Source: Lophium mytilinum | Lineage: Eukaryota | Assembly: GCA_010093605.1 (NCBI GenBank) | Contig: MU004181.1 | Location: 2,728,001-2,792,000 of the forward strand | Reading direction: 5' to 3' | Length of the DNA stretch: 64,000 bases | The notes under the pieces: generated by a model | Database searches by the model: none | The model's input: the letters and a program-made list of their open reading frames with translations, nothing else | Told to the model about the DNA's origin: nothing | Position numbers and translations under genes: made by a program | Shown here: positions 39,856-51,718 of the stretch, one piece after another | Numbering within the stretch: position 1 is the stretch's first letter | Layout of the letters: each line of letters begins with the position of its first letter

Positions 39856-41872
39856 CTACCGCCCAAAGAAACCCCACCCTTTCTTCGCTGGCTTCTGCTC
39901 CGCTTCCCCTGCTTTCTCTACCCCCTCCATCGCCTCCGTCTTTGGCTCAGCCACCGGCGCCGCTCGCCCAGGATATTCAATGTAATTCCACGCAACGTCA
40001 AAGAACAGCGGCTTTACGGGTACTGGCTTAAGCCGCGGTGGCCAGGTGACGAGGTTCTTTACATCGACAGTGCCATAGGCGGGGTACTCGCCCAGTTTCT
40101 CCGCTAGGGGTGCGGCGTTGGTGAGTTGTGCTTTGGAGGCGGTTGCCGAATTTGCGGCTAGGTGAGAAAGAGCAACAAGACCGCGGTGGTGGGAGGTAAG
40201 ATTCTGGAGATGGCGGGATAGGGTCGAGGTTTCGGAAGAAGTGGTGATGAGTTTGGGAGGCGAAGAGGGGGGAGGCGCTGTTGACTGCGGCGCGGAGATG
40301 GCTAGGGAAGAGAGCGAGAGAGCACGGTTGCAGAGAGAGAGGGCAAGGTCGGGGGCGGACAGAAGAGCGTGCGAGTGCGAGATGTTGAGACATTTCAGCG
40401 CTTGGAAGTAGGCTCGTTGGCCATCGAGCTCGGCGATGAATGCGGCGTCTCGGGCTGCTCCGGGCAAGTCCTTTACCGAGTCGATGCTCTGCAAGATCGC
40501 ATCGTAAAGGGCGACGCGCTCTCGTAGTCGCGCGAGCTTCCGGCCCGGGGGCTCTTCCCGCTCCGCCCACTCCTTTCCGTCTTTGCGCTCTCTCCGTGGC
40601 TTTTGCTGAGGCAAGGGAGAGAACGCCATCCCGTCGTCTGAACCTATCAGCACGCGGTTACGGCCGACACGCCAGCCGATCAGATCGTAGTTCAGGGCGA
40701 GACTAGTCACTCGGAGGTCTTGCATGCGTGAGTCACCTTCGTCGATGCCCTCCTTTTCTAATTCGTCGATGGCGCGTCGGGTTGCATCTACAGCGTCTTG
40801 GCTTGCAATGAGGACATCGTCGTACGCAGCTGCCCTGTCCTTGGCTGGCGTGGAGGGGGTGCACGATGCTAGATAATCTGACAGCTTGATCGATGCTGTG
40901 TTCACAGATGCAAGGGCCTGGCCGATGGCTGCGTCAACAATATTCGCGGTGCGTCCGCGCCACGTGAGCGTGTTGGGGTGGCTAGAAGAATCCGATGACT
41001 TGGTCCCTGGATCAAATGTCAGACTTGAAACTGGGCTATGGGGCGCTACTTGTCTAACCTTCTACTGCCGGTTCCTCAGTAGCCAAAGCGTCCTTGTCTA
41101 GCTTCTCTACTGATGAGAGCAATTCGGAATTCTCGCGCGGGAAGAACTTCTTCGAAACAGCTGAAACGCCCACAGTCCGAGGTATTCGGTGCTGATACGC
41201 TGCATATCGTATGCTGGGGTCTGTTATGCTGGAGAGGATATCCTTGAACACTTCTTTCTTCGTCGTTTTCAGTAAGGCACTATAGATAACCCGAGCCGCC
41301 GAGTAATCTGTAAGGCACTTGATCCACCTCTTGGGGGACGCGTCACTGCTTTTTATTCCTTCTGACTGCTTCTCGAATTCTTCTGACCCTGAAAGCGAGT
41401 ACGCATAGGCCTGCGCCTCCAGCAGATCGATATCGCTTGCGCCGGCCGCCTTCTCCGATAGAAGCTCCACCAGCTGCTGCGCATATTTCGCAGCCTTGTT
41501 TAGCCGGGAGACTATGTGCCGTCGGGTCGAGCCTGTGATGCCCTTGTCTGCGTTGTCTTCGGCGTGCGATGCCTTCATGGACATAGCGTGGGCCCACGCT
41601 CGCTCCGCCGTGAGTAATTGCAGGTGGAGAAACCTAGAGTCTAGTCAGGCGCGGGCACCTATAGATCTAAATTCAACATACTCATGATTACCCCCAATAT
41701 CTCCAGACGTTACTGGCGCCTTCGGGGCATATTTTGCATTTTTGTGTGTTGCTCGTCCGAGTTTCCTGTTGCAGGTGAGCAGGCGGCGGGACAGCTGCGT
41801 GCGGTAGGTGCTGTAGTCGCCCAACAGGAGCGCGGCGTCTCGCTGCGACGTGACGAAGGTTGTTATGTCCAT
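39856..41872 (-). CDS. SRP68: Signal recognition particle subunit SRP68, 3 exons
   Basis: LLGDYSTYRTQLSRRL, LLTAERAWAHAMSMK, DPSIRYAAYQ, C-terminal PVPVKPLFFDVAWNYIEYP and KKGWGFFGR. Confidence 0.93.
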
Positions 41873-42332
41873 TGCGGCCTCAAGTTGCAATGCGGAGGTC
41901 ATGAAGCGGGGGAGCATATGTTGAAGTGGGATGTCTAGACGGAACATTTTCGGCCGTGAATAGACTAGTTTAGCGTGCCAGGGTGCCTGTCCGTGGTCTG
42001 ATATGCGAGCTCAGAAAGTCTTTGACCACTCCATCCCATCTAGCATACTCCTCCTCGCCACCACCCCCATACACTCCCTCCTCCTCTCTCTTAATCCATA
42101 ATCGCTCTTTCCACGCGTCTTCGGGGGTTTCCCCTCCATTTGTGCTTTCTATTCCCGCGCTCCTCGCCACATGCTGTCGTTGAAAGGAGGCATGAAGCAC
42201 TGTAGGCTTGCTCTAGTACATCCAAGCTATCAATTGTCGCTGACACCTGCCGCCGTCCCTAGACCCTACCATTCCTCCTTCGACTCGATAGGCTAAGCAG
42301 CAGTACTATCTCATTCCAGCGCCCCGGAGGTG

Positions 42333-45300
42333 ATGCTGGAGCGGGCATCATCATGCCTCGAATCCGGCGGTCGACAACTTCTCCGGAGGACCAGACGATG
42401 CTCAAAAAGCCGTCGGATGCTGCACTCCGCATTCTGGCATCACGCCGCAGGTGACCTTGGCTTGCCGATTTGGTGGGCCTCCGCTGCGCAATCTGAGCCG
42501 ACTGCCATCGCTCACGACCGATCGCGTGAGCGAGCCAACAAAGATCGCCATGGAGGCGGCAATGGCGGGCAACCGAGTATAGCGCTCGATTTTCTATACC
42601 CTGCGAAAACATTGGCTTTCATACAGCATATCTCCAATCTGGGGTGGGACAGTTCTCAAGATTGGCGCAAGCAACACTACCCTGCCAGTGGGATCCGACA
42701 TTACTCCTCCAGGTCTGGAAACGTACAAGAGTTCACGGGCCTTGATGCGGATGCCACCTTAGCTGAAGAAACCGAAGAACTGCAGAGGCTGCTCAAAAAC
42801 ACGAATGCGCTGCAGGCTCTCGAAGCGTTGCTCCAGTCATCCAACGATCACCTCGGAGAACGTGTGATATGGCGCCTTTACGAGCTTGTGGAGGAAGCAG
42901 ATCGCACGCCCTCACTCCGAGCAGATCTTCTGGACTATCTTGCATCATCAAAGCAGCATGTTGACACATACCGGTTGATTCAGGTCTTTGAATCCCTCGC
43001 CAATCAGGATCGCCGCGCATCGTCGTACCGTGCTGCCATTACCGCATATTTGAGCCTCAACATGGTCGGCACCGCGGTAAAGATACATGGAGAAGCTGCA
43101 GATCGTGTTACAGAGCTCAATTTCGGCTCGGATATTCTGCTAGCTCGCACTATTCAAGACAATCAATGGGACCTAGCTTTTCAAGTACGAGAAACTTTCG
43201 CGTCGTCCTATGAGCGTCTCAACTACATCACAGGAGAAGATCTCGAGAAACAGTATTATTTTCTCTGGCCTAGGGTTCTCGCGATACCCGAGCTTCATGA
43301 ACGCGCCATGTCCTTACTTCAATACGCACAACAATTTGCCCATAGCCTGGCGCCTGCTTCAGAACGAGGGAAGAGCTTTGTTCTCTTCGCACGAGGGTTT
43401 TTTCCAAATGTCATCAAACAAGTGCTGAAATCGACAAATCCGAACGACAAGTCCCTACTTGACCTTTTCAGCCGTTTGCAGGAGGTAGGATTGAGTCGAC
43501 ATGAATACTTTGAGCTTGCCATCAACGCGATGATTCATCACGAGAAGTACATGACGTATACGAACGAGGGAAAACCTCACCTAAAGCTATATTCGATGTT
43601 TCGTAAAGCCGCTCTGGAGAAATCGGAGGAAGGTTTTCTGCCTCCTAGCGAATCGCTCATACGGGCTATGATGAGGCATACAAGTAAATTTCGAAGCTAC
43701 GTGGACCGGACCGGATGGATGGTTACCGTGGATACGCTTGTGAAGGACTTCCGTCAATTTTACGGCATTCAATTTCCCGGCAAACATCGCGTACTGAAAC
43801 CCCCCAACCTAGGTTTCACAATGGCTATGTATGCCCGGGCGGGAGATGCAGAGAAGGTTCACCAACTATTTGAGGAGCTTTGTGAAACATGGGGCAGTCC
43901 CAATGAATCTACAGGGCGTCGCGAACACATCACCAATGGTATGATGTGGCCACTTCTTTACGTTCACGCCAAACGAGTCGAGCTGCACGCTGTGGTGGAA
44001 CAGTTCCAGCGAATGTCAAAAGAATTCGGACTGAAGCCTGACGCCAGGGCTTGGAATATTCTGCTTTACGCCTATACACGAGCAGATGATTTGGATGGTA
44101 GTCTAGAGACATTCGAAGACTTCCTAGAGAGCGGAAACGTGTATGACGTTTATTCATTCGCACCAGTTCTTGATATCTGCGCCCGAAGAGGGGATGTCGA
44201 TTCGATCGAAGCCCTTTTCTCCAAAGCTCGCCTACTCCACCTTCCAATCGACAGGCTTGCAACACACAGGGCAGCATTGGTGCTAGCGCACATCAACAGT
44301 GAAAACTTACCAGCCGCCGAAGATGCCATGGAATCAATGATCCAAGACAAAGAAAACGGGAAGCTGGTTGGTCAGTTGACAATTCCCGCTAATTATCTCC
44401 TCACGGCCCACGCTCAACGACAAGACACGAACTCCACCATGAAAGCTTACAGTCGATACAAACCAAATCGTATACCTTTAGACTCGTACACATATGCCGC
44501 TCTAATGCAATCACTCATACTTGCGCGCCAGACAAACGCCGCATACAAAATTCTAACAACTACCATGCCAAACAACAATGTACAAGGACACGCCTTCCAT
44601 TATGCCTTGGCCATTGCAGGTTTCTTGCGCGAAGGGCAACTTCATCGAGCGCAAGATGCTCAGCGAAGAATGCTGAAGAGAAACGTCCCTCCTTCTGTCA
44701 GCTCCCGCATGGCCTTTCTCCAGGTGAACGCTCTATCAGAACTAAAATCTTACGAGAAAGAACACTTTATGAAGGCTAAGAATCGTCTGCCTCGCTTGAA
44801 AGAGGTTGAGGAAGAAATACGAAAAGCTCTGATCGAATCCGATCCCTCGGAGCGTGCAATAGGCCAGCCGCGTCAAGGTATGCGTCAGACGCCTTTGAAT
44901 CAAATGGTGGTCGATGGTTACTTCGAAACCATAGTCTTGATATATGGAACACATGGGGCTTATAGCATGTGTAAGGAGATGTTCGAAAGTGCCGATATGT
45001 ATCGGCAGAGCAATCCAGACGCACCGGAAGCACCAATAGGGTTGTTGACTGCAGTAATGACAGGACATCAACGTGCTCACGAGCACGCTGAAGTTGAAAA
45101 GTGCTGGGAGCTCGCGAGGCTACAAGCGGCAAAGTTGACAAAGTTGACAACCGGATTTCAAGACGCCCCAGTGCCAAATGCTTCAAGTTTACGAATTGCT
45201 CGGAATCGAAGTCATCTGCTAGTTCGTACAACTCGTGTCTATTTTCGCGATCTAGCCGCTCGCAAGGCGGCTCATGTCAATATCGGAAAGATGCGAATTC

Positions 45301-45749
45301 TCGTCTCAACACTGCTTAATGAGGGCTACATCATCGACAATCTTACCTGGAACGAGTATATCCAGTATCTAGCGCGATCTGGTTATTTTCTGGACGCCTT
45401 TACCGCTTGCGAATCATACTTGATGCCCGACTTCGCCGGGTGGCGCTCCGCTGCGCCCAATTATCTGCGAGACGACCCGCATGGATATTTGAGGATGGAT
45501 CTTCGAAAAAGAGACACCCGAAAGCACACGATCATGCCCCGATACAAGACCTTAGTTATTATGGCTGCGGCGCTTGGCTACATACGAAGGCAAGAGGAAA
45601 TGGGCGTAGAGCCTGAGCCAGTACAAAAATGTTCAATTCATAGGCTTCGACAAGTCGCCCCCACGACGATGTGGGCGATCGAGACCATGCCCGTGCTGCC
45701 AGACGAAGAGCTTCAGAAGCGCTATTTGATGAGTTCGAGAACCCTATAG
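42333..45749 (+). CDS. cya5: Mitochondrial pentatricopeptide-repeat protein, Cya5/Pet309-like COX1 translation factor, intronless
   Basis: N-terminus MLERASSCLESGG...LHSAFWHH and LDFLYP. PPR-like units (FGLKPDARAWNILLYAYTRADDLD; YTYAALMQSL). C-terminal DNLTWNEYIQ.LA and AFTACE..LMP.F.GW. Confidence 0.82.
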   Translation: MLERASSCLESGGRQLLRRTRRCSKSRRMLHSAFWHHAAGDLGLPIWWASAAQSEPTAIAHDRSRERANKDRHGGGNGGQPSIALDFLYPAKTLAFIQHISNLGWDSSQDWRKQHYPASGIRHYSSRSGNVQEFTGLDADATLAEETEELQRLLKNTNALQALEALLQSSNDHLGERVIWRLYELVEEADRTPSLRADLLDYLASSKQHVDTYRLIQVFESLANQDRRASSYRAAITAYLSLNMVGTAVKIHGEAADRVTELNFGSDILLARTIQDNQWDLAFQVRETFASSYERLNYITGEDLEKQYYFLWPRVLAIPELHERAMSLLQYAQQFAHSLAPASERGKSFVLFARGFFPNVIKQVLKSTNPNDKSLLDLFSRLQEVGLSRHEYFELAINAMIHHEKYMTYTNEGKPHLKLYSMFRKAALEKSEEGFLPPSESLIRAMMRHTSKFRSYVDRTGWMVTVDTLVKDFRQFYGIQFPGKHRVLKPPNLGFTMAMYARAGDAEKVHQLFEELCETWGSPNESTGRREHITNGMMWPLLYVHAKRVELHAVVEQFQRMSKEFGLKPDARAWNILLYAYTRADDLDGSLETFEDFLESGNVYDVYSFAPVLDICARRGDVDSIEALFSKARLLHLPIDRLATHRAALVLAHINSENLPAAEDAMESMIQDKENGKLVGQLTIPANYLLTAHAQRQDTNSTMKAYSRYKPNRIPLDSYTYAALMQSLILARQTNAAYKILTTTMPNNNVQGHAFHYALAIAGFLREGQLHRAQDAQRRMLKRNVPPSVSSRMAFLQVNALSELKSYEKEHFMKAKNRLPRLKEVEEEIRKALIESDPSERAIGQPRQGMRQTPLNQMVVDGYFETIVLIYGTHGAYSMCKEMFESADMYRQSNPDAPEAPIGLLTAVMTGHQRAHEHAEVEKCWELARLQAAKLTKLTTGFQDAPVPNASSLRIARNRSHLLVRTTRVYFRDLAARKAAHVNIGKMRILVSTLLNEGYIIDNLTWNEYIQYLARSGYFLDAFTACESYLMPDFAGWRSAAPNYLRDDPHGYLRMDLRKRDTRKHTIMPRYKTLVIMAAALGYIRRQEEMGVEPEPVQKCSIHRLRQVAPTTMWAIETMPVLPDEELQKRYLMSSRTL

Positions 45750-46093
45750 ATGTGCAACGGCAGCGGACCATGCATCTCGGTCCTAAAGCTAGTATTCCTC
45801 ATATCTGTACATTTTGTTCTGTTGTATATATACTGTACATTAGGGCACGACTGATACGCATGTATATAATTAAACACGACCCATGGTCAAATATATTTTT
45901 CATGAGGGCAGAGTGTCCCATCAATTTGGGTAAATTCTGTTGTTCAGCACATAACCGTTGTAGTTTCCCAAGCCTCCATATGCTTTTCCTCGCCCACATG
46001 ACTACAAAAAACACTACCAAAGAGGCGAAACAGATAATTAAAAAAACGCTACTTATCACACCCAGGCCGAAGGATCCTGTCCTAGTTGAAAGT

Positions 46094-46905
46094 TCACGAG
46101 TCCCATATTGGACCGAGGTAGGCCGGAATTCCCGCTTTCTCCAGATCTAGGACGAGCCTGTATGTCAATTTTTGGTTTGAAACCACAACGACGGCTTCCG
46201 CTTGTCTATTTTGGTGATCATCGCCTGTATAGAGCGCTTTTGTTCTTTCGAGGATACCTTCGGGGGTCAAATGCTCATGTCCATCAGTGTCGTAGATATT
46301 CGCCTTGGAGTCTGCACGCTTCACAATACTCATAGTCTCCTGCCCATATTTCCCCTCTGGATCCCGGGCAGACCACAGAGCTCGGACGGGGTGCTCTGGG
46401 TGTGCCTTGAACAGTCCGAGGCAGGGCCCAATTCCGGAGCCTGTGGCTACGACGACGACGGACTTGAAAAGCAGGGCAACTCGAAGGGCCCCAAAGGCCC
46501 CACCGCCGCGAAACCAAAGCTGAGTCGGCGGTTGCTGGACCATCATTTAACAGTTTTCACTCTCCTTTGAGCCCGAGGAAGAAGGTTGTTCTGATACCAG
46601 ACACGCAAGTGGTTTAGATGCTTGCTGACCCCTTTCCGCGTTGGATGATGTTGGGGAGGCATCATGGGTTGGTCGGGTATTTCCATGGTCTTAGTCGTGT
46701 CATGCAGCTGGTCATTGTTGGAAAGAGTTGGAAAGCATATAGAGATAAAGGCCGATCCCACCAACCCGAACCTAGCCCAATGGTAGATGATAAAGTACAT
46801 GAAAGACGATCGCGTCAGTACTACTAAAACACCACAGAATACAAAGTCTATTGCCACGAGAACAAGGAAGAAAAGTCCCAATATCATGACAATTTGCTTG
46901 AACAC
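46094..46905 (-). pseudogene. Fragment of a TmpA-like membrane flavoprotein (FNR-like NAD-binding C-terminal domain), 5'-disrupted
   Basis: PPTQLWFRG, VVVATGSGIGPCL, AEAVVVVSNQKLT and GPIWDS at 46094-46546. An in-frame TAA lies immediately upstream. The adjoining hydrophobic ORF 46543-46905 is in another frame and has no ATG start. Confidence 0.6.
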
Positions 46906-47272
46906 CTCTTCATTTGGCAGCTAATACTTAGAAAGAGACTTAGTCCAATAGTTCTAAAGCGTCGGAGGACACTCTCCGGTTATGACTCTTCAAAACCGCA
47001 AATGAACATCATCTCTTACATCTCCGTTATCCTCCGGCATCATGATTATCCACAATTTGTACAAACGGGAATCCGCCTATCTCATGAGTCTAGAGCATTT
47101 TGCCGAATACGAGGCTCATGCACGTGTGAGTCAAGGCTAATCACATGACAGCGCGTTAGAGACTTTACTCAAGCACTCATTCCATATCTAATCCTTGGAT
47201 GCTCATCCACAACCAAAGTTCAGTACCTCAATTCTTGGGCTAAAGGTCCTCAAACTGGATCACTCCTACACG

Positions 47273-47894
47273 ATGCCACGCACCGCCCTCTTCGTCATCG
47301 ACATCCAACGCGATCTCGCTCTCGACTCCCTTACAGAAATTCCGGCCGCTGCGCGCATTCGCGATGCCGGAGCTTCCATCCTCGCTGCTACGCGTGCGAA
47401 GATTGACGCTGCACGAGAGCAGAGCAAAGACTCTGATTTTACGGTTGTATTCGTTCAGCATGAAGAAAAACCGGAGGATGGCGTGATGATCAAGGGAAGC
47501 GTGCCTTGGGAGCTGGTGTTCAAGCCGATAGAAGGGGCGACGGAAGAAAGGCTTGTTGCGAAGAGTGTTCGTGAGTACGAGTCCTCTGACTTCATGCTGA
47601 TGAGAGCTGATGAGCTTTGCAGGTGATACGTTTGAGGCGAACCCAGAGCTTGCGGATCGGCTCAAAGCGGAAGGTGTAGAGAAGGTGGTGGCCTTTGGTA
47701 TACAGAGCGAGTGCTGTGTAAAATCGACTTGTGAAGGGGCGTTGGCGGCGGGTTTTGAGGTTATCTTACTCAGTGGGGCCCATTCGACCTACAATGGCAA
47801 AAGCAAGACTGCGGAAGAGATTGAACGGGATGTAGAGAAGTACTTGGTCGAAAAAGGTGTGAAGGTAGTTTCTTGGAAAGATTGGAACCCTTGA
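47273..47894 (+). CDS. Isochorismatase-family cysteine hydrolase, 2 exons (intron 47571-47622)
   Basis: ALFVIDIQ (Asp), VAK (Lys), GIQSECCV (Cys) and GAHST. Confidence 0.9.
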
Positions 47895-47971
47895 GTATCG
47901 AAAGCGAGGATTCACATATTCTATTTGAGATTAGTTCTCGCCACCTCCAAAGCATCTGGGCGTGCTTCTTG

Positions 47972-48337
47972 TCACAGGGCATCATTACGATCAAGATATA
48001 TCTTTTCTACCAAGAACTTTATTATTGCAAGTCGTTCATTTATTTCTCCCATCATACTCTGGACGTTTGCTACCCTGGAAGTCAATTCAGTCAGCGCTAG
48101 TGCGAATTGTATTTGAAATTCGAGCTCGCTTCTCATGATTTCTAATCTTTCATCATCTGCTTCAACGTCAGAGTAATCAGTTTGACGCTCGATGAGATAT
48201 TGAGTTTGGTCAGCTATGCGGATCTCTTCAGTGCGGCTATGGCTTGAATTATCCTTTTCTTCAGATGCTATGTGCAACAAGAAAAGAGGTAGCCCGCAGA
48301 GTCTCTTTATATAGAGGATTCTCACATCATTCATCAT
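47972..48337 (-). CDS. Orphan ORF, predicted coiled coil
   Basis: 121-aa ATG ORF with heptad-like acidic/aliphatic pattern. No recognisable family. Confidence 0.3.
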   Translation of the reverse strand: MMNDVRILYIKRLCGLPLFLLHIASEEKDNSSHSRTEEIRIADQTQYLIERQTDYSDVEADDERLEIMRSELEFQIQFALALTELTSRVANVQSMMGEINERLAIIKFLVEKIYLDRNDAL

Positions 48338-48563
48338 GGTAGGAATTATATGTACACGTCGCCAAAAAACAGGCTATGTACGTGATATGACGTTTGAATA
48401 AAACAGAAAAACCTGAGCGATGCTTCAAGCACAATATCAAATTGGTACGTATGGGTAGAATAGTAAAATGTAGATTACTACCTGACACCGAAGAAATTGA
48501 TACTTAAACACTCTAGCCTCATGTAATGCTTACAATTTAGCTCCAACTTGATTCTGCGCTTCG

Positions 48564-48974
48564 TTAGGGTTTCTTTAATCTCCGATCTAGACTATCAGAT
48601 ATGCTGCGAAATATGTGGCCCGCATCGGCACGATTGCCTTCTCTCATATTCCGCCTCGCTAGAGTCATGGCTTCTTTTGCCTGCGTGACTGCATGCCCTG
48701 CTCTATGACAGTAGTCTTGGTATTGTCTGATGCGCTCTTCCGTCTCCCTGATCGAAATCTCTGCAAATCCTCTGTATTGCTCTGTACAGATGCCGCTATG
48801 GTAACTAGATGCTCCGCCGAATGAATGATATTGAGGATAGAGGTGTGAATGACGCTCTCCACGGTATCGGTAGTCCCGACCTCCGTCCCACTGGCTAGAT
48901 GGGTATGCCGAGCTGTATTGACTCGAATCATACCCCCAAAGGTTAGAGTTGTAGTGCCTAGGCCAATGTGCCAT
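48564..48974 (-). CDS. Orphan ORF, Tyr/Ser-rich N-terminus with helical C-terminus
   Basis: ATG at 48974 (MAHWPRHY...). ATAAATA TATA-like element about 115 bp upstream. No recognisable family. Confidence 0.4.
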   Translation of the reverse strand: MAHWPRHYNSNLWGYDSSQYSSAYPSSQWDGGRDYRYRGERHSHLYPQYHSFGGASSYHSGICTEQYRGFAEISIRETEERIRQYQDYCHRAGHAVTQAKEAMTLARRNMREGNRADAGHIFRSISDSLDRRLKKP

Positions 48975-50130
48975 GATCCAATGACAGATGGAAGGACAAG
49001 AGCTTTCAGGGTGGGTTAAATTAGAAAATGGGTAGCTGCAGACGAAGACAAAGATGATGAACAGACAGGACTGCAACCATTTGCCTATTTATGAGTGCTA
49101 TTTACAGGGGCCTAGTGAACGCGTGTCTTGGTGTTCGCCGCAAACGAGATTGATGACAAGAGATCTCTGCCAGCTCATGCTCGTGCCAGAAGAGAAAACG
49201 TGATGACGGCTCAAAGTAACAAACGCCCTCCTATCACGAGACAGTTTAGTGGCATAACACTAGCATAAAACGAGTTTGAAACGGGACTTCGATCAACGAG
49301 AAAGACACTACCTGGTACTAGACCCTCTCCCTTGTCTCTAAAGGACCTTGCTGCTCTGCAATTCAAGAGGCTTCATGCTTATTATGTGTTACATCGATGA
49401 TGATGAGATGAACTGCGTGAATAATCGAAAAGACTTGTAGAATATTACCACTGGCGAAACTTACATTAGCATACCCAACGTAACTCTACGTATTATACCT
49501 ACTTGATCAAGTGATGACTACTGGCATTGAATCGGTAGAACACAGACTCACTCATATCTTCCTCGTAATGTTCTATAAAGGTGACTGGAAAATCGAGGCA
49601 TTGTTTGAGGTGAAGGAAATTGTGAGTACGACAAGTTTACGAGAAAACGTCGCTGTCACGTGATATAATCAGCTAAATGATCAGCAGCAATGATCCAAGC
49701 CACTATCAACGACTTCGTGTCATCGATCGTTCATCTCTAGATCGACATGCTGATTCTACTCTTGTCTTGAATCAACGCCGGCCGTTGCTTTAGAAGACTA
49801 CCGAACATGAGGCTAATATATTCGGCATTAGCTTATCTACTTGGTATGTCTTAGTGCGCCATCCGGTGCCGTGCCTGAAGGCGTGATGCATCAACGGCGG
49901 GTGGCCCAGTCACCTATATTCCGCAGCACTTCAGACGTCGCCTGACGCTGTCTGCTGGACTGCCAGGCTCCCAATACACCCTGGTTGCCAACATGTTTGC
50001 CTGGGCCTGATGCCGACGACATATAGGTAGCAGGACACCCTCGCGCGCTCCTGCGTTCTCTTTGTGCAAATCAGCCTTCTCCGACGCTCCCGTTAAGGCC
50101 AGTAGAAACTTTCTTAGCATTATAGCACTC

Positions 50131-51261
50131 ATGGCGAAAGATCCAGTTCCAGCAACCAGTTTGCCGGGAGAGATCAATACAGCATCAAGGTACGCCCAAC
50201 CTCATACTCAGCGCTCCTCAAGCCCTCCCATTCTAACCCCCCAACCCTCCAGATCTCTCCACACGAACCTTAACCGCCTCATAACCTCGCGCCTCCCGCT
50301 CTGCCTTCCTCCCCACACCTCCTCCCCACACCTCTACACCACCGGCCTCCTCCACTTCGCCCACGTCTACCTAACCTTCGAATCCCTATGGCACGACCTC
50401 ACCCTCTCCACCCACCAAAGCACCCCCACCTCCCCGCTCCTCTCCTTCCTCCTCGTCGACCCCTGGGACGCCGATACCGACTCTGACCCCGAAAACGCGT
50501 CTCCGGGCCCTTCCCCGCGCATGCTCGCGTTCCTCGCTTCCCTGCGCCCCACCGGCCTCGCGCGCTCCAGCCGCCTGCGCAAGGACCTCGAGACCTTGAC
50601 CGGGCTCAGCAGCACCGATCTCGCCGTCTCGCTGTGCCAGTTCCCCGGCGCCAAGGTGCAGGAGTACTGCGCGCATATCCGCAAAGTGGTGGGGAAGAAA
50701 CCGCATGTGCTGGTCGCGTATGCGTGGTGCTACTACATGGCTGTGTTCTCGGGCGGGCGGTGGATTCGCGGGGAGCTGAGGAGGGGGGGCGAGGAGTTTT
50801 GGCGGAAGGGTGGGGCGCAGAGCGGCGGGGAGACAGAGAAGGAAGAGGCGGTGTCGTTGAATGAGGCTGGGTTGTCGTTTCTCTGCTTCCCGGGGCTGGA
50901 GGATGGGGAGGATATTAAGGCGGAGTTTAAGAGCCGGTTGGCTGCTGCGGAGGAGCTTTTTACGCCGCAGGAGCGGGAGGATGTCGTTCAAGAATCGCAA
51001 GAGATATTCCGATATAGTGTGGGGCTTGTGGAAGAGCTAGATGAGCTACTAGCGACCAACGCGGAGAAGGTTGCTGCCGTGGAAGCTGCTCAGCAAGCGC
51101 GGGAGACGGCGCGGCGCAAGGATGCGCAGGCCATTAGTAGCTCTGGGCTTCTACACTCACGGTGGCTGCAAAGTCCAGAGGTGTCTACAGTCGTCCTCAG
51201 TCTCGGCTGCGTAGCATGGCTTGCAGTTTACTTGTTCATGGGCTCGGACCGTATACTCTAA
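50131..51261 (+). CDS. Heme oxygenase-like protein with C-terminal membrane anchor (intron 50190-50252)
   Basis: After splicing, EINTASRSLHTNLN (proximal His); PHVLVAYAWCYYMAVFSGGRWI (distal helix); EFKSR; hydrophobic C-terminal tail. Confidence 0.85.
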   Translation: MAKDPVPATSLPGEINTASRYAQPHTQRSSSPPILTPQPSRSLHTNLNRLITSRLPLCLPPHTSSPHLYTTGLLHFAHVYLTFESLWHDLTLSTHQSTPTSPLLSFLLVDPWDADTDSDPENASPGPSPRMLAFLASLRPTGLARSSRLRKDLETLTGLSSTDLAVSLCQFPGAKVQEYCAHIRKVVGKKPHVLVAYAWCYYMAVFSGGRWIRGELRRGGEEFWRKGGAQSGGETEKEEAVSLNEAGLSFLCFPGLEDGEDIKAEFKSRLAAAEELFTPQEREDVVQESQEIFRYSVGLVEELDELLATNAEKVAAVEAAQQARETARRKDAQAISSSGLLHSRWLQSPEVSTVVLSLGCVAWLAVYLFMGSDRIL

Positions 51262-51718
51262 CGGCAACGTTGTATACGCATATTTGAGGCGTTAAGTTGT
51301 GGTAATTGATATGAGGCGTATAGGCTCTTTTCATTCTAGCGTTTTTCAAGGCATTCACATGGGTTAGAGGGTTGACAGATGGTACATCGGTGTGGGTTGC
51401 AGAGGCATAATATACCCCGTAGATTCATTTCTTACTTCTAAGGAGTTCATCCGTTTCGTCGCTATATTCAGCCTTTCACATGAGCCGTCGTCATGGGTGC
51501 TTCCGATTCCATGATATTGTTACCTTGTGAAGTGACCAGATGACTGTTGGCTTGTGCCTTTGATTCAAACAGTGAGCTTCCGTACCGATAAGAGTCCGTC
51601 GCTGTAACTCTTAGCCGCATATGAAGTGTTGAGTAGGAGTGAGCGCCATTTTGTGGAGGCAAAATGCGAGAAGACATGCCTTGCAAGACTTCGGAGGCTC
51701 ATTAGGTAGGCTTTCTCC

